IMG/VR virus record: IMGVR_UViG_3300025276_004419
Span: 66,027 to 130,026 of that record
Reading direction: 5' to 3' (one strand)
DNA: 64,000 bases
Source: a virus
The translations under genes were made by a program, and so were the position numbers. This document shows, piece after piece, positions 27,818 through 37,935 of this stretch; within the stretch, counting starts at the first letter, position 1; every line of letters begins with the position of its first letter. The notes under the pieces are model-generated. The model searched no databases. It was not told where the DNA came from and saw only the letters and a program-made list of their open reading frames with translations.

Positions 27818-28733
27818 TAAAATATGTTTAGTTAATACTTTCTGGTTAGGAGAAAGACGATTTGAATATAAAGATTATCAAAAAGATAATCTATATTTTC
27901 TAAAAAAACAGATTGAATGTTTACAAACGTATAAACACAATCTCACAAAAATCATTTTTAATTTTAATGTAATCCCAGAACATTATAAGTATCTTTCTGA
28001 GGTTTATTCAATAACCCCAAAGCAAATACAAGGTGCTGAAGTTGAAATTAATATTAGAGAGAATGTAGGTATTAGTTATGGAGCTTGGTCTGATACTTTT
28101 AAAAAATATAAAAGTGAATATGATTATTATATTTTTAATGAAGATGATTACTTTTTCGTTCAACATGATTGGGATGTTTATTTATTACACAAACATAATT
28201 CATATGATGATTGTGGGTACTTATGTATGGTTACAGCAGAACCCGATAAATGGAACAAATTTAAAAAACATGCTGGAAGTAGTATTGGGATAGCTTCAAG
28301 TGAAACTCTAATGAAAATTTATTCTAAATATGGGAAACTCCCAAGTTTAGATAAAAAATTAGAGGGAGCAGAAGGTCATTATCAAGGTTGGGGTGATATT
28401 CAACAGGATTTTGGATTTGTATTTTTAGAAATAGGTTTAAATATCTATGATGTTAGAGATGATTATGCCGTACTCTTCCAAAAATCAGCCCCGGCATTCG
28501 CAAATAGACCTGATATTGGGTGCTGGAAATACTTTCCCTGGAACAATCAATGTCTCAGTGTAGCTCCTTTTTATTTTGATAACCCACCTTTTTGGATGTG
28601 TCATGATTTAGAATTTATTGAAAGTTATCCCCCCACCAGTTATAAAGAAGCTATGTATTCTTATGATAAAAAGCTCCCGTTTCACGAAAATGGAATAATG
28701 GGAGAAAAAAGAATGTATCCTTTGGATATCTAA
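27810..28733 (+). CDS. Putative GT-A glycosyltransferase-like protein
   Basis: RENVGISYGA, YYIFNEDDY. Confidence 0.5.
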   Translation: MDSKICLVNTFWLGERRFEYKDYQKDNLYFLKKQIECLQTYKHNLTKIIFNFNVIPEHYKYLSEVYSITPKQIQGAEVEINIRENVGISYGAWSDTFKKYKSEYDYYIFNEDDYFFVQHDWDVYLLHKHNSYDDCGYLCMVTAEPDKWNKFKKHAGSSIGIASSETLMKIYSKYGKLPSLDKKLEGAEGHYQGWGDIQQDFGFVFLEIGLNIYDVRDDYAVLFQKSAPAFANRPDIGCWKYFPWNNQCLSVAPFYFDNPPFWMCHDLEFIESYPPTSYKEAMYSYDKKLPFHENGIMGEKRMYPLDI

Positions 28734-28752
28734 AATTTCTTTCGTATATTCA
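28721..28752 (+). promoter_or_regulatory. Bacteroidota-type promoter, likely leaderless transcript
   Basis: TTTG-N20-TATATTCA, ATG 5 nt downstream. Confidence 0.75.
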
Positions 28753-28757
28753 CGTCT

Positions 28758-29705
28758 ATGGCTAATAAGAAAAAATCACCCAAAATAGTTAGGGAAATTC
28801 AAAATAACCCACCTGAACCGGTGAATTTTTCTTTTGAGAAAAATATTTCATATTCCCAATTATCTATGTACACACAATGTCCTAAAAAGTGGGCATTACA
28901 ATATAGAGATGGATACAAAATAAGGGAACAAAGTATCCATATGACATTTGGAACAGCTCTCCATGAGACCCTCCAGATGTATTTAGATGTGATGTACAAC
29001 AAAAGTGGTGCTGAAGCCGATAGAATAGATTTAGAAGCTGATTTTGAAACCAGATTAAGAGATTGTTACGCAGATGCTTATAAACAAAATAAAAATGAGC
29101 ATTTTGCTGATGCTCAAACACTTCGAGAGTTCTATTCCGATGGTGTTGAAATTATAAGATATTTAAAGCGAAATAGAGGTAAATATTTCTCAAAACGTGG
29201 TTGGTCGTTAGTTGGATGTGAGGTACCAATTGTATTGGCGCCTAATCCGCATTTACCACGCGTTAAATACATGGGCTTCTTAGACGTCGTGTTATACCAT
29301 GAAGGCACAGATAAGTTCGTTATAATCGATATAAAAACGTCTACACGCGGTTGGAATGATAAAGCTAAGAAAGACAAATCAAAACAACATCAATTAGTGT
29401 TGTATAAAAAATTCTTTGCTCAACAATATAATGTTCCAATAGATAATATAGAAATTGAATTCTTTATTGTAAAGCGTAAACTATTTGAATCCCAAGATTT
29501 TGTAATTAAACGCATACAACAATTTAGACCACCCTCAGGTAAAACTTCAGTAAACCAAGCAACTAAATCCCTGAATGAATTTATGGATAATTGTTTTACA
29601 TCTGAAGGGTTTAATGAAAAGGATATGCCTGCTTTAACAAATAATAATTGTAAATGGTGCCCTTACCACAAAACTCATTTATGTTCTGCAACTTTTGAAG
29701 GATAA
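28758..29705 (+). CDS. PD-(D/E)XK nuclease (RecB/Cas4-like exonuclease)
   Basis: SYSQL..Y.QCP, GFLDVV, IIDIKTS, QLVLY, CKWCPY. Confidence 0.88.
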   Translation: MANKKKSPKIVREIQNNPPEPVNFSFEKNISYSQLSMYTQCPKKWALQYRDGYKIREQSIHMTFGTALHETLQMYLDVMYNKSGAEADRIDLEADFETRLRDCYADAYKQNKNEHFADAQTLREFYSDGVEIIRYLKRNRGKYFSKRGWSLVGCEVPIVLAPNPHLPRVKYMGFLDVVLYHEGTDKFVIIDIKTSTRGWNDKAKKDKSKQHQLVLYKKFFAQQYNVPIDNIEIEFFIVKRKLFESQDFVIKRIQQFRPPSGKTSVNQATKSLNEFMDNCFTSEGFNEKDMPALTNNNCKWCPYHKTHLCSATFEG

Positions 29706-29741
29706 TGATATACGTATATCAAATATAAATTAAACAACGTT

Positions 29742-29927
29742 ATGGCTAGTACAGACAAAACACTTACAAGTGTTAAAATTAAAAGCGATTTATTCAATGA
29801 ATTTAAAATTGAATGTGTAAAGCGTAAGTTCTCATTCCAGAAACTTTCCGATCGCGCTATTCATTTGTATCTTACAGATGAAGATTTTAGAAAACAAATC
29901 AATAATCACAACAACTTAGAACTTTAA
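29742..29927 (+). CDS. Ribbon-helix-helix-like DNA-binding protein
   Basis: LTSVKI strand followed by two short helices. Confidence 0.55.
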   Translation: MASTDKTLTSVKIKSDLFNEFKIECVKRKFSFQKLSDRAIHLYLTDEDFRKQINNHNNLEL

Positions 29928-29931
29928 GTAA

Positions 29932-31371
29932 ATGAAAGAAGGTTATATTCCTAAAGAGCAGAGAAAAAATATTCTACTGCTTACTGATGATATTCGCTTA
30001 CAATCAGGTGTAGCAAATGTAGGTAAAGAAATAGTTATCCATACTGCCCATAAATACAATTGGTATAATGTAGGGGGAGCAATCCAACACCCAGAATTAG
30101 GTAAAATATTTGATATTAGTGAAGACGTAAATGGAATTGCTAATATTGAAGATTCTAGTGTTATGGTTCAACCATATAATGGTTATGGTGATCCTGCTTT
30201 AATTAGACAATTAATTAAAGAACAAAATATAGATGCTATATTCTTAATTACTGATCCTCGTTATTTCGAGTGGTTATTCCAGATTGAGAATGAAATTCGT
30301 AAGAAAACACCAATAATCTACCTAAACATTTGGGATGACTACCCAGCACCAATGTATAATAAGGCATATTATGAATCGTGTGATTTATTAATGGGTATTT
30401 CAAAACAAACAGTTAATATTAATAAGTTAGTTTTAGGTGATAAAATTGAAACTAAAATAATTGATTACGTTCCTCATGGTATGAACTCCGAAGTCTTTTA
30501 CCCTATAAAAGAAAACTCGGAAGATGCTGTAAAAATGGAGGAAATTAAAAAACGCATGTTTGGAGGTAAAGAATCAAAATTTACATTGTTCTTTAATTCA
30601 AGAAACATTCGTCGTAAATCTATCCCAGATACAATGTTAGCTTGGAAGTATTTTATAGATCAATTACCACAAGAGGAAGCAGATTCATGTTATTTTGTTC
30701 TCCATACTGATTTAGTTAGTGAAGCAGGTACGGATTTAAAAGCTGTAAGAGATTATTTATTTGGGAGTGATTATAGAAATATTATTATTTCAAGTGAAAA
30801 AGTCCCAGCAAGTACTTTAAATGCTTTCTATAATATAGCAGATGCTCAAATATTGCTATCATCAGCTGAAGGTTGGGGATTAGCATTAACAGAAGCTATG
30901 TTAACAGGTACACCTATTATAGGTAACGTAACGGGTGGTATGCAAGACCAAATGCGTTTTGAGGATGAAAATGGTAACTGGTTTACTCCATCAGCAGATG
31001 TTCCTTCAAACCATACTGGTAAATATAAAAATCATGGTAAATGGGCATTCCCAGTTTTCCCAAATAATCGTTCACTTGTAGGTTCACCTAGAACACCTTA
31101 TATTTGGGATGATAGATGTCGTCCTGAAGATGCAACTGAACAAATCATGAAACTTTACAATATGAGTCATTCAGAACGTAAAGAAGCAGGTTTAGAAGGA
31201 CTTGAATGGGCTACAGGTGATGAAGCAGGTTTTACCTCTGGTAAAATGGCTAAAAAAGTAGAAAACAACATAGATAAGTTATTTGCTACTTGGACTCCTA
31301 GAAAAAATTATGAACTAATTAATACGAATCAAGTTAAAGGAGACGTATTACCACATAAATTGTTATATTAA
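29932..31371 (+). CDS. GT-B (GT4-like) glycosyltransferase
   Basis: NSRNIRRK, SSAEGWGLALTEAMLTGTPII. Confidence 0.88.
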   Translation: MKEGYIPKEQRKNILLLTDDIRLQSGVANVGKEIVIHTAHKYNWYNVGGAIQHPELGKIFDISEDVNGIANIEDSSVMVQPYNGYGDPALIRQLIKEQNIDAIFLITDPRYFEWLFQIENEIRKKTPIIYLNIWDDYPAPMYNKAYYESCDLLMGISKQTVNINKLVLGDKIETKIIDYVPHGMNSEVFYPIKENSEDAVKMEEIKKRMFGGKESKFTLFFNSRNIRRKSIPDTMLAWKYFIDQLPQEEADSCYFVLHTDLVSEAGTDLKAVRDYLFGSDYRNIIISSEKVPASTLNAFYNIADAQILLSSAEGWGLALTEAMLTGTPIIGNVTGGMQDQMRFEDENGNWFTPSADVPSNHTGKYKNHGKWAFPVFPNNRSLVGSPRTPYIWDDRCRPEDATEQIMKLYNMSHSERKEAGLEGLEWATGDEAGFTSGKMAKKVENNIDKLFATWTPRKNYELINTNQVKGDVLPHKLLY

Positions 31372-32666
31372 TGAAACCAACATTTGTTATAAGCTCCCCA
31401 TTTGATACTTACTCAGGATATGGAGCGCGTTCTAGAGACGTAATTAAAGCTATTATTGCAACTGATAAGTATAATGTAAAATTATTAACACAAAGGTGGG
31501 GTAATACTCCATTTGGATTTTGTGAAAATAATCCTGAATTTAGTGATTTACTAGACTTAGTTATCCCAGGTCAAATGACATTCCAACCTGATATTTGGGC
31601 ACAAATTACTGTACCCAATGAATTCCAACCTATAGGAAAATATAATATTGGCTTTACAGCTGGTATGGAAACTACATTAGTAGATGGAACTTGGGTAGAA
31701 GGTATGAATAAAATGGATGTTAACTTTGTTTCATCAGAACATTCTAAAAAGGCATTTTTAAACTCAGTATACGAAAAAAATGATAACCATAGAAAAGTTA
31801 TTGGTGAAGTTAAAATAGAAAAACCAATTGAAGTACTATTTGAAGGTGCTGATTTAACTACTTATTTTTCTACTAATGGCCCTTGTTTAGTTGATTTAAA
31901 AATTAAAGAATCATTTGCATATTTGTTTGTAGGTCATTGGATGCAAGGGCAAATGGGTGAAGATAGAAAAAATGTAGGTTTATTAATTAAAGCATTTTTT
32001 GAAACATTTAAAAATAAGTCTAAAAAACCTGCACTTATTTTAAAAACATCAACTGTAGGTGCCTCTTATATGGATAGAGACGATCTCCTTAAAAAAATTC
32101 AAACTATAAGGGAATCAGTTAATTCTAAAAATTTACCTAATGTATATTTACTTCATGGTGATTTTACTAATGAGGAAATGAATTCAATATATAATCATTC
32201 TAAGGTTAAAGCTATGGTTAGTTTAACTAAAGGTGAAGGGTTTGGTAGACCACTGCTTGAATTTAGTTTAAGTAAAAAACCAATTATCGTTAGTGGTTGG
32301 AGCGGACACCTAGATTTTATTGATCCTGAATTTTCAGTATGTATAGGAGGTAATTTAACTAACGTTCACCCATCAGCCCAAGTTCCAAATATGATATTAC
32401 CAGAAGCACAATGGTTTAGTCCAAATCATGGTGAAATAGGTCATTCATTAAAAGATATGTTTGAAAATTATAAAAATTATACTGATGGTGCTAAACGTCA
32501 AGCTTATAAAAGTAAAACAGATTTCAGTTGGGAGGGCATGAGAGATTTATTAGATTCCAGACTAACAGAATTAATTCCTGAGTTTCCTAAACAAATGGAA
32601 TTAAAACTACCAAAATTAAAACTGCCTACTTTAAATGTAGCTAAAATAGAAAAAAATGAAGGATAA
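31371..32666 (+). CDS. GT-B (GT4-like) glycosyltransferase
   Basis: YSGYG, LFVGHW...DRKN, TKGEGFGRPLLE. Confidence 0.85.
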   Translation: MKPTFVISSPFDTYSGYGARSRDVIKAIIATDKYNVKLLTQRWGNTPFGFCENNPEFSDLLDLVIPGQMTFQPDIWAQITVPNEFQPIGKYNIGFTAGMETTLVDGTWVEGMNKMDVNFVSSEHSKKAFLNSVYEKNDNHRKVIGEVKIEKPIEVLFEGADLTTYFSTNGPCLVDLKIKESFAYLFVGHWMQGQMGEDRKNVGLLIKAFFETFKNKSKKPALILKTSTVGASYMDRDDLLKKIQTIRESVNSKNLPNVYLLHGDFTNEEMNSIYNHSKVKAMVSLTKGEGFGRPLLEFSLSKKPIIVSGWSGHLDFIDPEFSVCIGGNLTNVHPSAQVPNMILPEAQWFSPNHGEIGHSLKDMFENYKNYTDGAKRQAYKSKTDFSWEGMRDLLDSRLTELIPEFPKQMELKLPKLKLPTLNVAKIEKNEG

Positions 32667-33102
32667 TTTAACAATCTGTGCTAAATGTGGGAGTGACGCT
32701 TGTTACGTCCAAGAAGTAAATCACGAAATCAAAAACTATATGTGTTATGGTTGTGGTTTTGTTACTAACTCATTAATGAAAAAAGGTGAACAATTCTTTG
32801 AAGAACAATATGAATTGCTCCCTGAACTTTATAAAGAATTACTACATGAAGTAGATGGATTATCGTGGATGCCTAATACAATTAATATCCCAAGTCAAGG
32901 AATGGTATTTGCTGATGGTTCTAATGCTGATAATTGGGCTTGGGCTGGTGTAAAAGCTATTCCTATGACAGATGAAGAAAAAGCAAAACATAAGTCTAAA
33001 GGTAAGGATTACGAATATAAAATGGATACACCTAATCTAAAACACTTTGCAGAAGCGGATTTTATGGAAGCCCTTGATTATATTGGAGTATTTAAAAAAT
33101 AG
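32656..33102 (+). CDS. Hypothetical protein with N-terminal Zn ribbon
   Basis: CAKC and CYGC pairs. Confidence 0.7.
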   Translation: MKDNLTICAKCGSDACYVQEVNHEIKNYMCYGCGFVTNSLMKKGEQFFEEQYELLPELYKELLHEVDGLSWMPNTINIPSQGMVFADGSNADNWAWAGVKAIPMTDEEKAKHKSKGKDYEYKMDTPNLKHFAEADFMEALDYIGVFKK

Positions 33103-33104
33103 TT

Positions 33105-33731
33105 ATGAAATTAAGTTATGCAATACCCGTCTGTAATGAATTTGTAGAGATACAACGTTTAATTACATTCTTATTAGAAAATAAACGAGACGAAGACGAA
33201 ATCGTAGTATTATTCGATTCAAATAATGGTGATAAGGAAGTAGAAACTTATCTTCGTAAAATGAATGTTGATAAAACCCTATTTAAGTGGAGTTCATTTA
33301 AATTTAAAGGTGACTTCTCTGCTATGAAAAATCGTTTAAATAGTCTATGTAGTGGAGATTACATATTCCAGATTGATGCTGATGAAATGCCTAACGAGTA
33401 TATGATGAAAATCATACCCCAAATGTTAGAATTAAATAAAGGTATAGATTTAATGAGAGTTCCTCGAATTAATAAAGTAGAGGGATTAACCGAAGCTCAT
33501 ATTAAACAATGGGGGTGGAATGTTGATAGTGAAGGTAGAGTAAACTGGCCTGATATGCAGTGGAGACTTTATAGAAACGATCCACGTATTAAATGGCATG
33601 GTGAAGTCCATGAAAAAATTATTGGACATGCCACACATGCTGTTTTACCAATTGAAGAAGACTTTGCTTTAATCCATAATAAAACAATCGAACGTCAAGA
33701 ACGTCAAAACTCATATTACAATACATTATGA
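33105..33731 (+). CDS. GT2-family glycosyltransferase
   Basis: LSYAIPVCNE, YIFQIDADE, VHE. Confidence 0.85.
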   Translation: MKLSYAIPVCNEFVEIQRLITFLLENKRDEDEIVVLFDSNNGDKEVETYLRKMNVDKTLFKWSSFKFKGDFSAMKNRLNSLCSGDYIFQIDADEMPNEYMMKIIPQMLELNKGIDLMRVPRINKVEGLTEAHIKQWGWNVDSEGRVNWPDMQWRLYRNDPRIKWHGEVHEKIIGHATHAVLPIEEDFALIHNKTIERQERQNSYYNTL

Positions 33732-34537
33732 TTTACGATTGCTTTACATTTAGGGATGAGTTTGATATGCTTGAAATAAGACTTAGAATCTTAGATAAAG
33801 TAGTAGATAAATTTGTTATTTGCGAAGCAGACAGAACATTTACCAATCAACCAAAACCATTCAATTTCCAAGAACATCAGAATCGTTTTAAACAATGGGA
33901 AGATAAAATAATCTATCTACCAGTTGAATTGGATGATGATGGGTTAGATTTTAGTATAAAAGATACGAAATACAATCCCTACTCAGCGGCTTGGATGTTA
34001 GAAGGTCAACAACGTAGTGGTCTTATTTTAGGATTATCTGAAGCTAAAGAAGGTGATGTTATAATGTTAGGTGATGTAGATGAAATACCACATCCCGAAA
34101 GTGTTCAACATTACTCTAATCCTACTACTTGTGTTAATGATTTCTTTTATTATTATGTTAACAATAAAAGTATGGGTCCACAAGATGCTCAATGGTTAGG
34201 AACGTGCTTTGTTCCATTCAATAGATTAAATGAATTTCCCCATTTTGAAAAAATGAGAGGGAGTAGAGAAAGATTTAATTTAATTAAAAGTGGGTGGCAT
34301 TTATCTTATATGGGTGGAAAAGAAATGATCCAAAATAAAATAAAAACCATTTCTCATACTGAATACAATAATGAAAACTATTATAATGATAAACACATAG
34401 ATGAGTGTTTATTAAATGGTAAAGATGTATTCAAACGCGATACAATGAATTTTAAATTAATTAACCCAACAGAATATTACCCAGACTATATTATAGATAT
34501 TTTTAAAGGGTATCCTGGATTTATATATGAAACTTAA
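33728..34537 (+). CDS. GT17-like (beta-1,4-GlcNAc transferase-like) glycosyltransferase
   Basis: IYDCFTF.DE.DMLEIRL, GDVDEIP, GWHLSY. Confidence 0.8.
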   Translation: MIYDCFTFRDEFDMLEIRLRILDKVVDKFVICEADRTFTNQPKPFNFQEHQNRFKQWEDKIIYLPVELDDDGLDFSIKDTKYNPYSAAWMLEGQQRSGLILGLSEAKEGDVIMLGDVDEIPHPESVQHYSNPTTCVNDFFYYYVNNKSMGPQDAQWLGTCFVPFNRLNEFPHFEKMRGSRERFNLIKSGWHLSYMGGKEMIQNKIKTISHTEYNNENYYNDKHIDECLLNGKDVFKRDTMNFKLINPTEYYPDYIIDIFKGYPGFIYET

Positions 34538-35333
34538 ATCATTAATACATAAAAGTTACTACGGCTCTATAGGTTATATAGCTGATAGCAATAGCCTTGA
34601 ATTATTTGGTTCATACTTACTACACAATAGTCATGTATTGAATAAATATAAAGGCCATATATTTGCTTTTACTTATAATAAATCATCATTAGGTGAATTC
34701 GATTTAGAACTTCTCGAAGAAGGTATTAAAAGTCTATTCCCATATGCTATTATTTTATACTTAGATGAAAATAGAGGACATAATTTTGGTACTGCTGATT
34801 TAGATAATTTAATATTTGATTACTGTAAAGATAATGATATTGAATGGTTATGTAAAGCATCCAATGATATAATCTTAGAAAAAGAGGTATTAGAAATACC
34901 AATACAAAAAGCAGATTTTTATTATGTAGAAGGTATTGGATACGGAGGAATGGTTAATTATAACTTTGATAATAAAAAAATACTCAAGGAATATTTTTAC
35001 CCACAAACTAACTTTTACTTTATAAATGTATCTAAAACTGATTATTTAACAGACAAAGATTATATAAACGAAACCTACAATCAAATAAAATCTACACCTA
35101 ATTATAATGGTAAAATTTGGGAATACATCCAAGATTGGTCGTGTGAGCATTTTTTAGTTAAATGTGTAAAACGTAATAATCTTGCTCAATATCATTTGCT
35201 TTCCCGCAAAAAATATATTACATTATTGGAACACGTAAAACAAAACCAAATACACGATTGTAGTCATAAAAATATAATGATTAATGGCATTTGCCATTTC
35301 CAACACCCAAATCAAAAAATTACAATAATATGA
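34527..35333 (+). CDS. Hypothetical protein in sugar island
   Basis: 268-aa coupled ORF. Confidence 0.7.
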   Translation: MKLKSLIHKSYYGSIGYIADSNSLELFGSYLLHNSHVLNKYKGHIFAFTYNKSSLGEFDLELLEEGIKSLFPYAIILYLDENRGHNFGTADLDNLIFDYCKDNDIEWLCKASNDIILEKEVLEIPIQKADFYYVEGIGYGGMVNYNFDNKKILKEYFYPQTNFYFINVSKTDYLTDKDYINETYNQIKSTPNYNGKIWEYIQDWSCEHFLVKCVKRNNLAQYHLLSRKKYITLLEHVKQNQIHDCSHKNIMINGICHFQHPNQKITII

Positions 35334-35911
35334 TACTGGACTTAAAAAAAATCATAAACGAAAAATTCAATACACCTTCAGATATTAACGAACATTTCCC
35401 AGCATTAATAGAATATGGTCAAAAATGTGAGACTATTATTGAGATGGGAGTTAGAGGTATATGTTCAACTTGGGCATTTTTAGGTACAAACCCTAAACAA
35501 CTAACAAGTTATGACATACAAGACCCAGAAGAATGGGATCAAAGCATTCAAGATGTATATGATACAGCAGAAGCATATCAAATTCCATTTAAATTTATTC
35601 AAGCTGATGTTTTAAAAGTTGAAATTGATGAATGTGATTTATTATTTTTAGATACATGGCATTCATACAAACAATTATCAGCTGAACTTAGATTACATAG
35701 TGATAAGGCACAAAAATATATTGTGTTTCACGACACTACTTCATATGAAAACCACGATGAAACTTCTTATGAATTTTGGGGTGAAGAATGGAAAGCTGAA
35801 GGTATAGGTATTTGGAGAGCAGTAGAAGAATTTTTAGCTGATAATAATAATTGGGTACTTGAAAAGCGATTTACTCATAACAATGGTTTAACAATTATTA
35901 AACGAGTATAA
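35330..35911 (+). CDS. Class I SAM-dependent methyltransferase (Methyltransf_24-like)
   Basis: IIEMGVRG, LLFLDTWHSY, IVFHDT; ATG 35330 preferred over track start 35291. Confidence 0.8.
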   Translation: MILDLKKIINEKFNTPSDINEHFPALIEYGQKCETIIEMGVRGICSTWAFLGTNPKQLTSYDIQDPEEWDQSIQDVYDTAEAYQIPFKFIQADVLKVEIDECDLLFLDTWHSYKQLSAELRLHSDKAQKYIVFHDTTSYENHDETSYEFWGEEWKAEGIGIWRAVEEFLADNNNWVLEKRFTHNNGLTIIKRV

Positions 35912-36592
35912 ATGGAAATCCATATATTTTATAGACATTATAATATATCAGGTAATGATAACAGAGGTCGCCCTCAAGGGTTTGATTATGAAAAATGTTT
36001 TGTAAATCTTTTAAATACAATTAAAGATACAAATGTAAAACTTCATATTGTATTTGATGGTAACATAAAATCAAATTTTATAAACAAGTATAAAGATCAA
36101 TTTATAACTCACCAAATAAAAGCAGGTAATGATCAATCATCATTTTCTCAAACTTGGGCTCTTGCTAAAGATACCCCAATGGGGAAAAGTGATTTAATAT
36201 ATTTTCTTGAAAATGATTACCTCCACACACAAGGTTGGGTTGATAAATTGATTGAACTATTTTCAACATATAAATTATTACATTATGTTTCATTATACGA
36301 TCATAATGATAAATACTTTTTACCTCAATATGAAGATTTAGTATCAAAGATATTTGTAACTGAGAACCATCATTGGAGAACAACTCCAAGTACTTGTGGT
36401 AGTTTCATAATCACACGTGAGTTATTGGAATTAGATTACGATATTCATACATCAGTAAGTGGCGATCATAATAAATTCCTACAATTAAGTGAAGAACGGA
36501 ATAGAATGGTAATCACCCCTATTCCTGGGTTATCAACACATTGTATGGAAGGATTAATGTCACCAACAATTAAATGGAAAAACTATGATTAG
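35912..36592 (+). CDS. Putative GT-A glycosyltransferase
   Basis: IYFLENDYLH. Confidence 0.55.
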   Translation: MEIHIFYRHYNISGNDNRGRPQGFDYEKCFVNLLNTIKDTNVKLHIVFDGNIKSNFINKYKDQFITHQIKAGNDQSSFSQTWALAKDTPMGKSDLIYFLENDYLHTQGWVDKLIELFSTYKLLHYVSLYDHNDKYFLPQYEDLVSKIFVTENHHWRTTPSTCGSFIITRELLELDYDIHTSVSGDHNKFLQLSEERNRMVITPIPGLSTHCMEGLMSPTIKWKNYD

Positions 36593-37355
36593 TGTTATAA
36601 TCCCAACATACAAAGAACCTGAATACTTAGACTTATGTCTAAAATCAGCATTCGAAGGGCAAGTCAACAACAATGAAATTATAGTTGTTGTAGATGGTTT
36701 TTATGAATTAAACAAACCAGTATTAGATAAATACCCTGGAGTAAACGTTTTAGATCTGGGTTCAAACCAAGGTTTGTCGGTAGCAACGAATTGGGGCGTT
36801 TACAACGCAACACATGACTACATTTTGGTAGTCAACGATGACAACGTATTCCCGCGTAATTGGGACGAAAAATTAACACCATTTAAACAACAAGGTGTTG
36901 TAGTCTCAGCTAACCAAATTGAACCTAGCCCTTCAATGTTCCCTCAATTTATAATTAAAGATTTAGGTAAATCACCTGAAGGATTTGATTTAGAGCAGTA
37001 TTGGGAATTTGAAGACACACAATACAAGCAAGCTGAAATGAATGGTTCAACATTACCATTTATGATGAATAAATACGATTATCTAGCAGTTGGTGGTTGG
37101 GATGTTATGTACCCTTCACCACACGTAGTTGATTGGGATTTTTTCCTTAAATGTGAATACGTTGGGTATCTTATGAAACGTGCTTATGTTAATTTTTACC
37201 ACTTTGCTGGTGCTGCTACTCGTCAAACTCCAAAACAAAGTGCTGAATCAACACGTAAAGAACAATTAGCACATAACTTTCTTGCTACTAAATGGGATAG
37301 TAGAGCAGAACATAACCCACAAAACAATTCTAAATTATTATCTAAATTTAAATGA
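36585..37355 (+). CDS. GT2-family glycosyltransferase
   Basis: ISVIIPTY, IIVVVDG, NQGLSVATN, LVVNDD, DWDF. Confidence 0.88.
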   Translation: MISVIIPTYKEPEYLDLCLKSAFEGQVNNNEIIVVVDGFYELNKPVLDKYPGVNVLDLGSNQGLSVATNWGVYNATHDYILVVNDDNVFPRNWDEKLTPFKQQGVVVSANQIEPSPSMFPQFIIKDLGKSPEGFDLEQYWEFEDTQYKQAEMNGSTLPFMMNKYDYLAVGGWDVMYPSPHVVDWDFFLKCEYVGYLMKRAYVNFYHFAGAATRQTPKQSAESTRKEQLAHNFLATKWDSRAEHNPQNNSKLLSKFK

Positions 37356-37720
37356 AAAACATCCTACAAAGTAAATACGGAGAGGGTTTAGATATAAAAG
37401 AATCACCCAAAACTGAATCTGAACGTGAGGAAACATTATTTATTGATACAATGGAGACGTTAGAACATATCTGGCATTCTGAACATGATTTACATAATGA
37501 TTATGGAGTTGATTTACTAGGATTCAGTCAATATTATTACCATATAATCGAAAACCTACTTATAGCCAAATATGGTCACGATACAGCTGAAGTAATTTGG
37601 TGGTGGGTTTTAGACAGATTTGATGCTGATGGTGAGTTATTAGGTGTGGAGATGGAAAATGGAAAGGTTCATATGCTAGAAACACCTCTAGATCTCTGGA
37701 AGTTTTTACAAAAGTTGTGA
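37352..37720 (+). CDS. Hypothetical protein
   Basis: 122-aa acidic ORF. Confidence 0.75.
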   Translation: MKNILQSKYGEGLDIKESPKTESEREETLFIDTMETLEHIWHSEHDLHNDYGVDLLGFSQYYYHIIENLLIAKYGHDTAEVIWWWVLDRFDADGELLGVEMENGKVHMLETPLDLWKFLQKL

Positions 37721-37752
37721 TATGTATCAAACACACAATAATAAGCTAACAA

Positions 37753-37935
37753 ATGAACAACATAACTTACATAGATTGCTCAGTATGCAACGAACCAATG
37801 CCTGAAATGAGATTAACTAAATACAAATATGACTTTTGTATTAACTGCTCAGATACAAAACCTAAAAAGGCTATTAATGCTCAATTTGGGGAAGGTGACC
37901 ATACATTTAATGATATAGTATTTATTGAAGATTAA
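37753..37935 (+). CDS. DksA/TraR C4-type zinc-finger protein
   Basis: CSVCNEPMPEMRL...FCINC. Confidence 0.65.
   Translation: MNNITYIDCSVCNEPMPEMRLTKYKYDFCINCSDTKPKKAINAQFGEGDHTFNDIVFIED

Noticed and set aside
28758-29705. Cas4-like nuclease as part of a CRISPR system
   Set aside because: No repeat-spacer array or other cas genes anywhere in the window; stand-alone PD-(D/E)XK nucleases are common in phages
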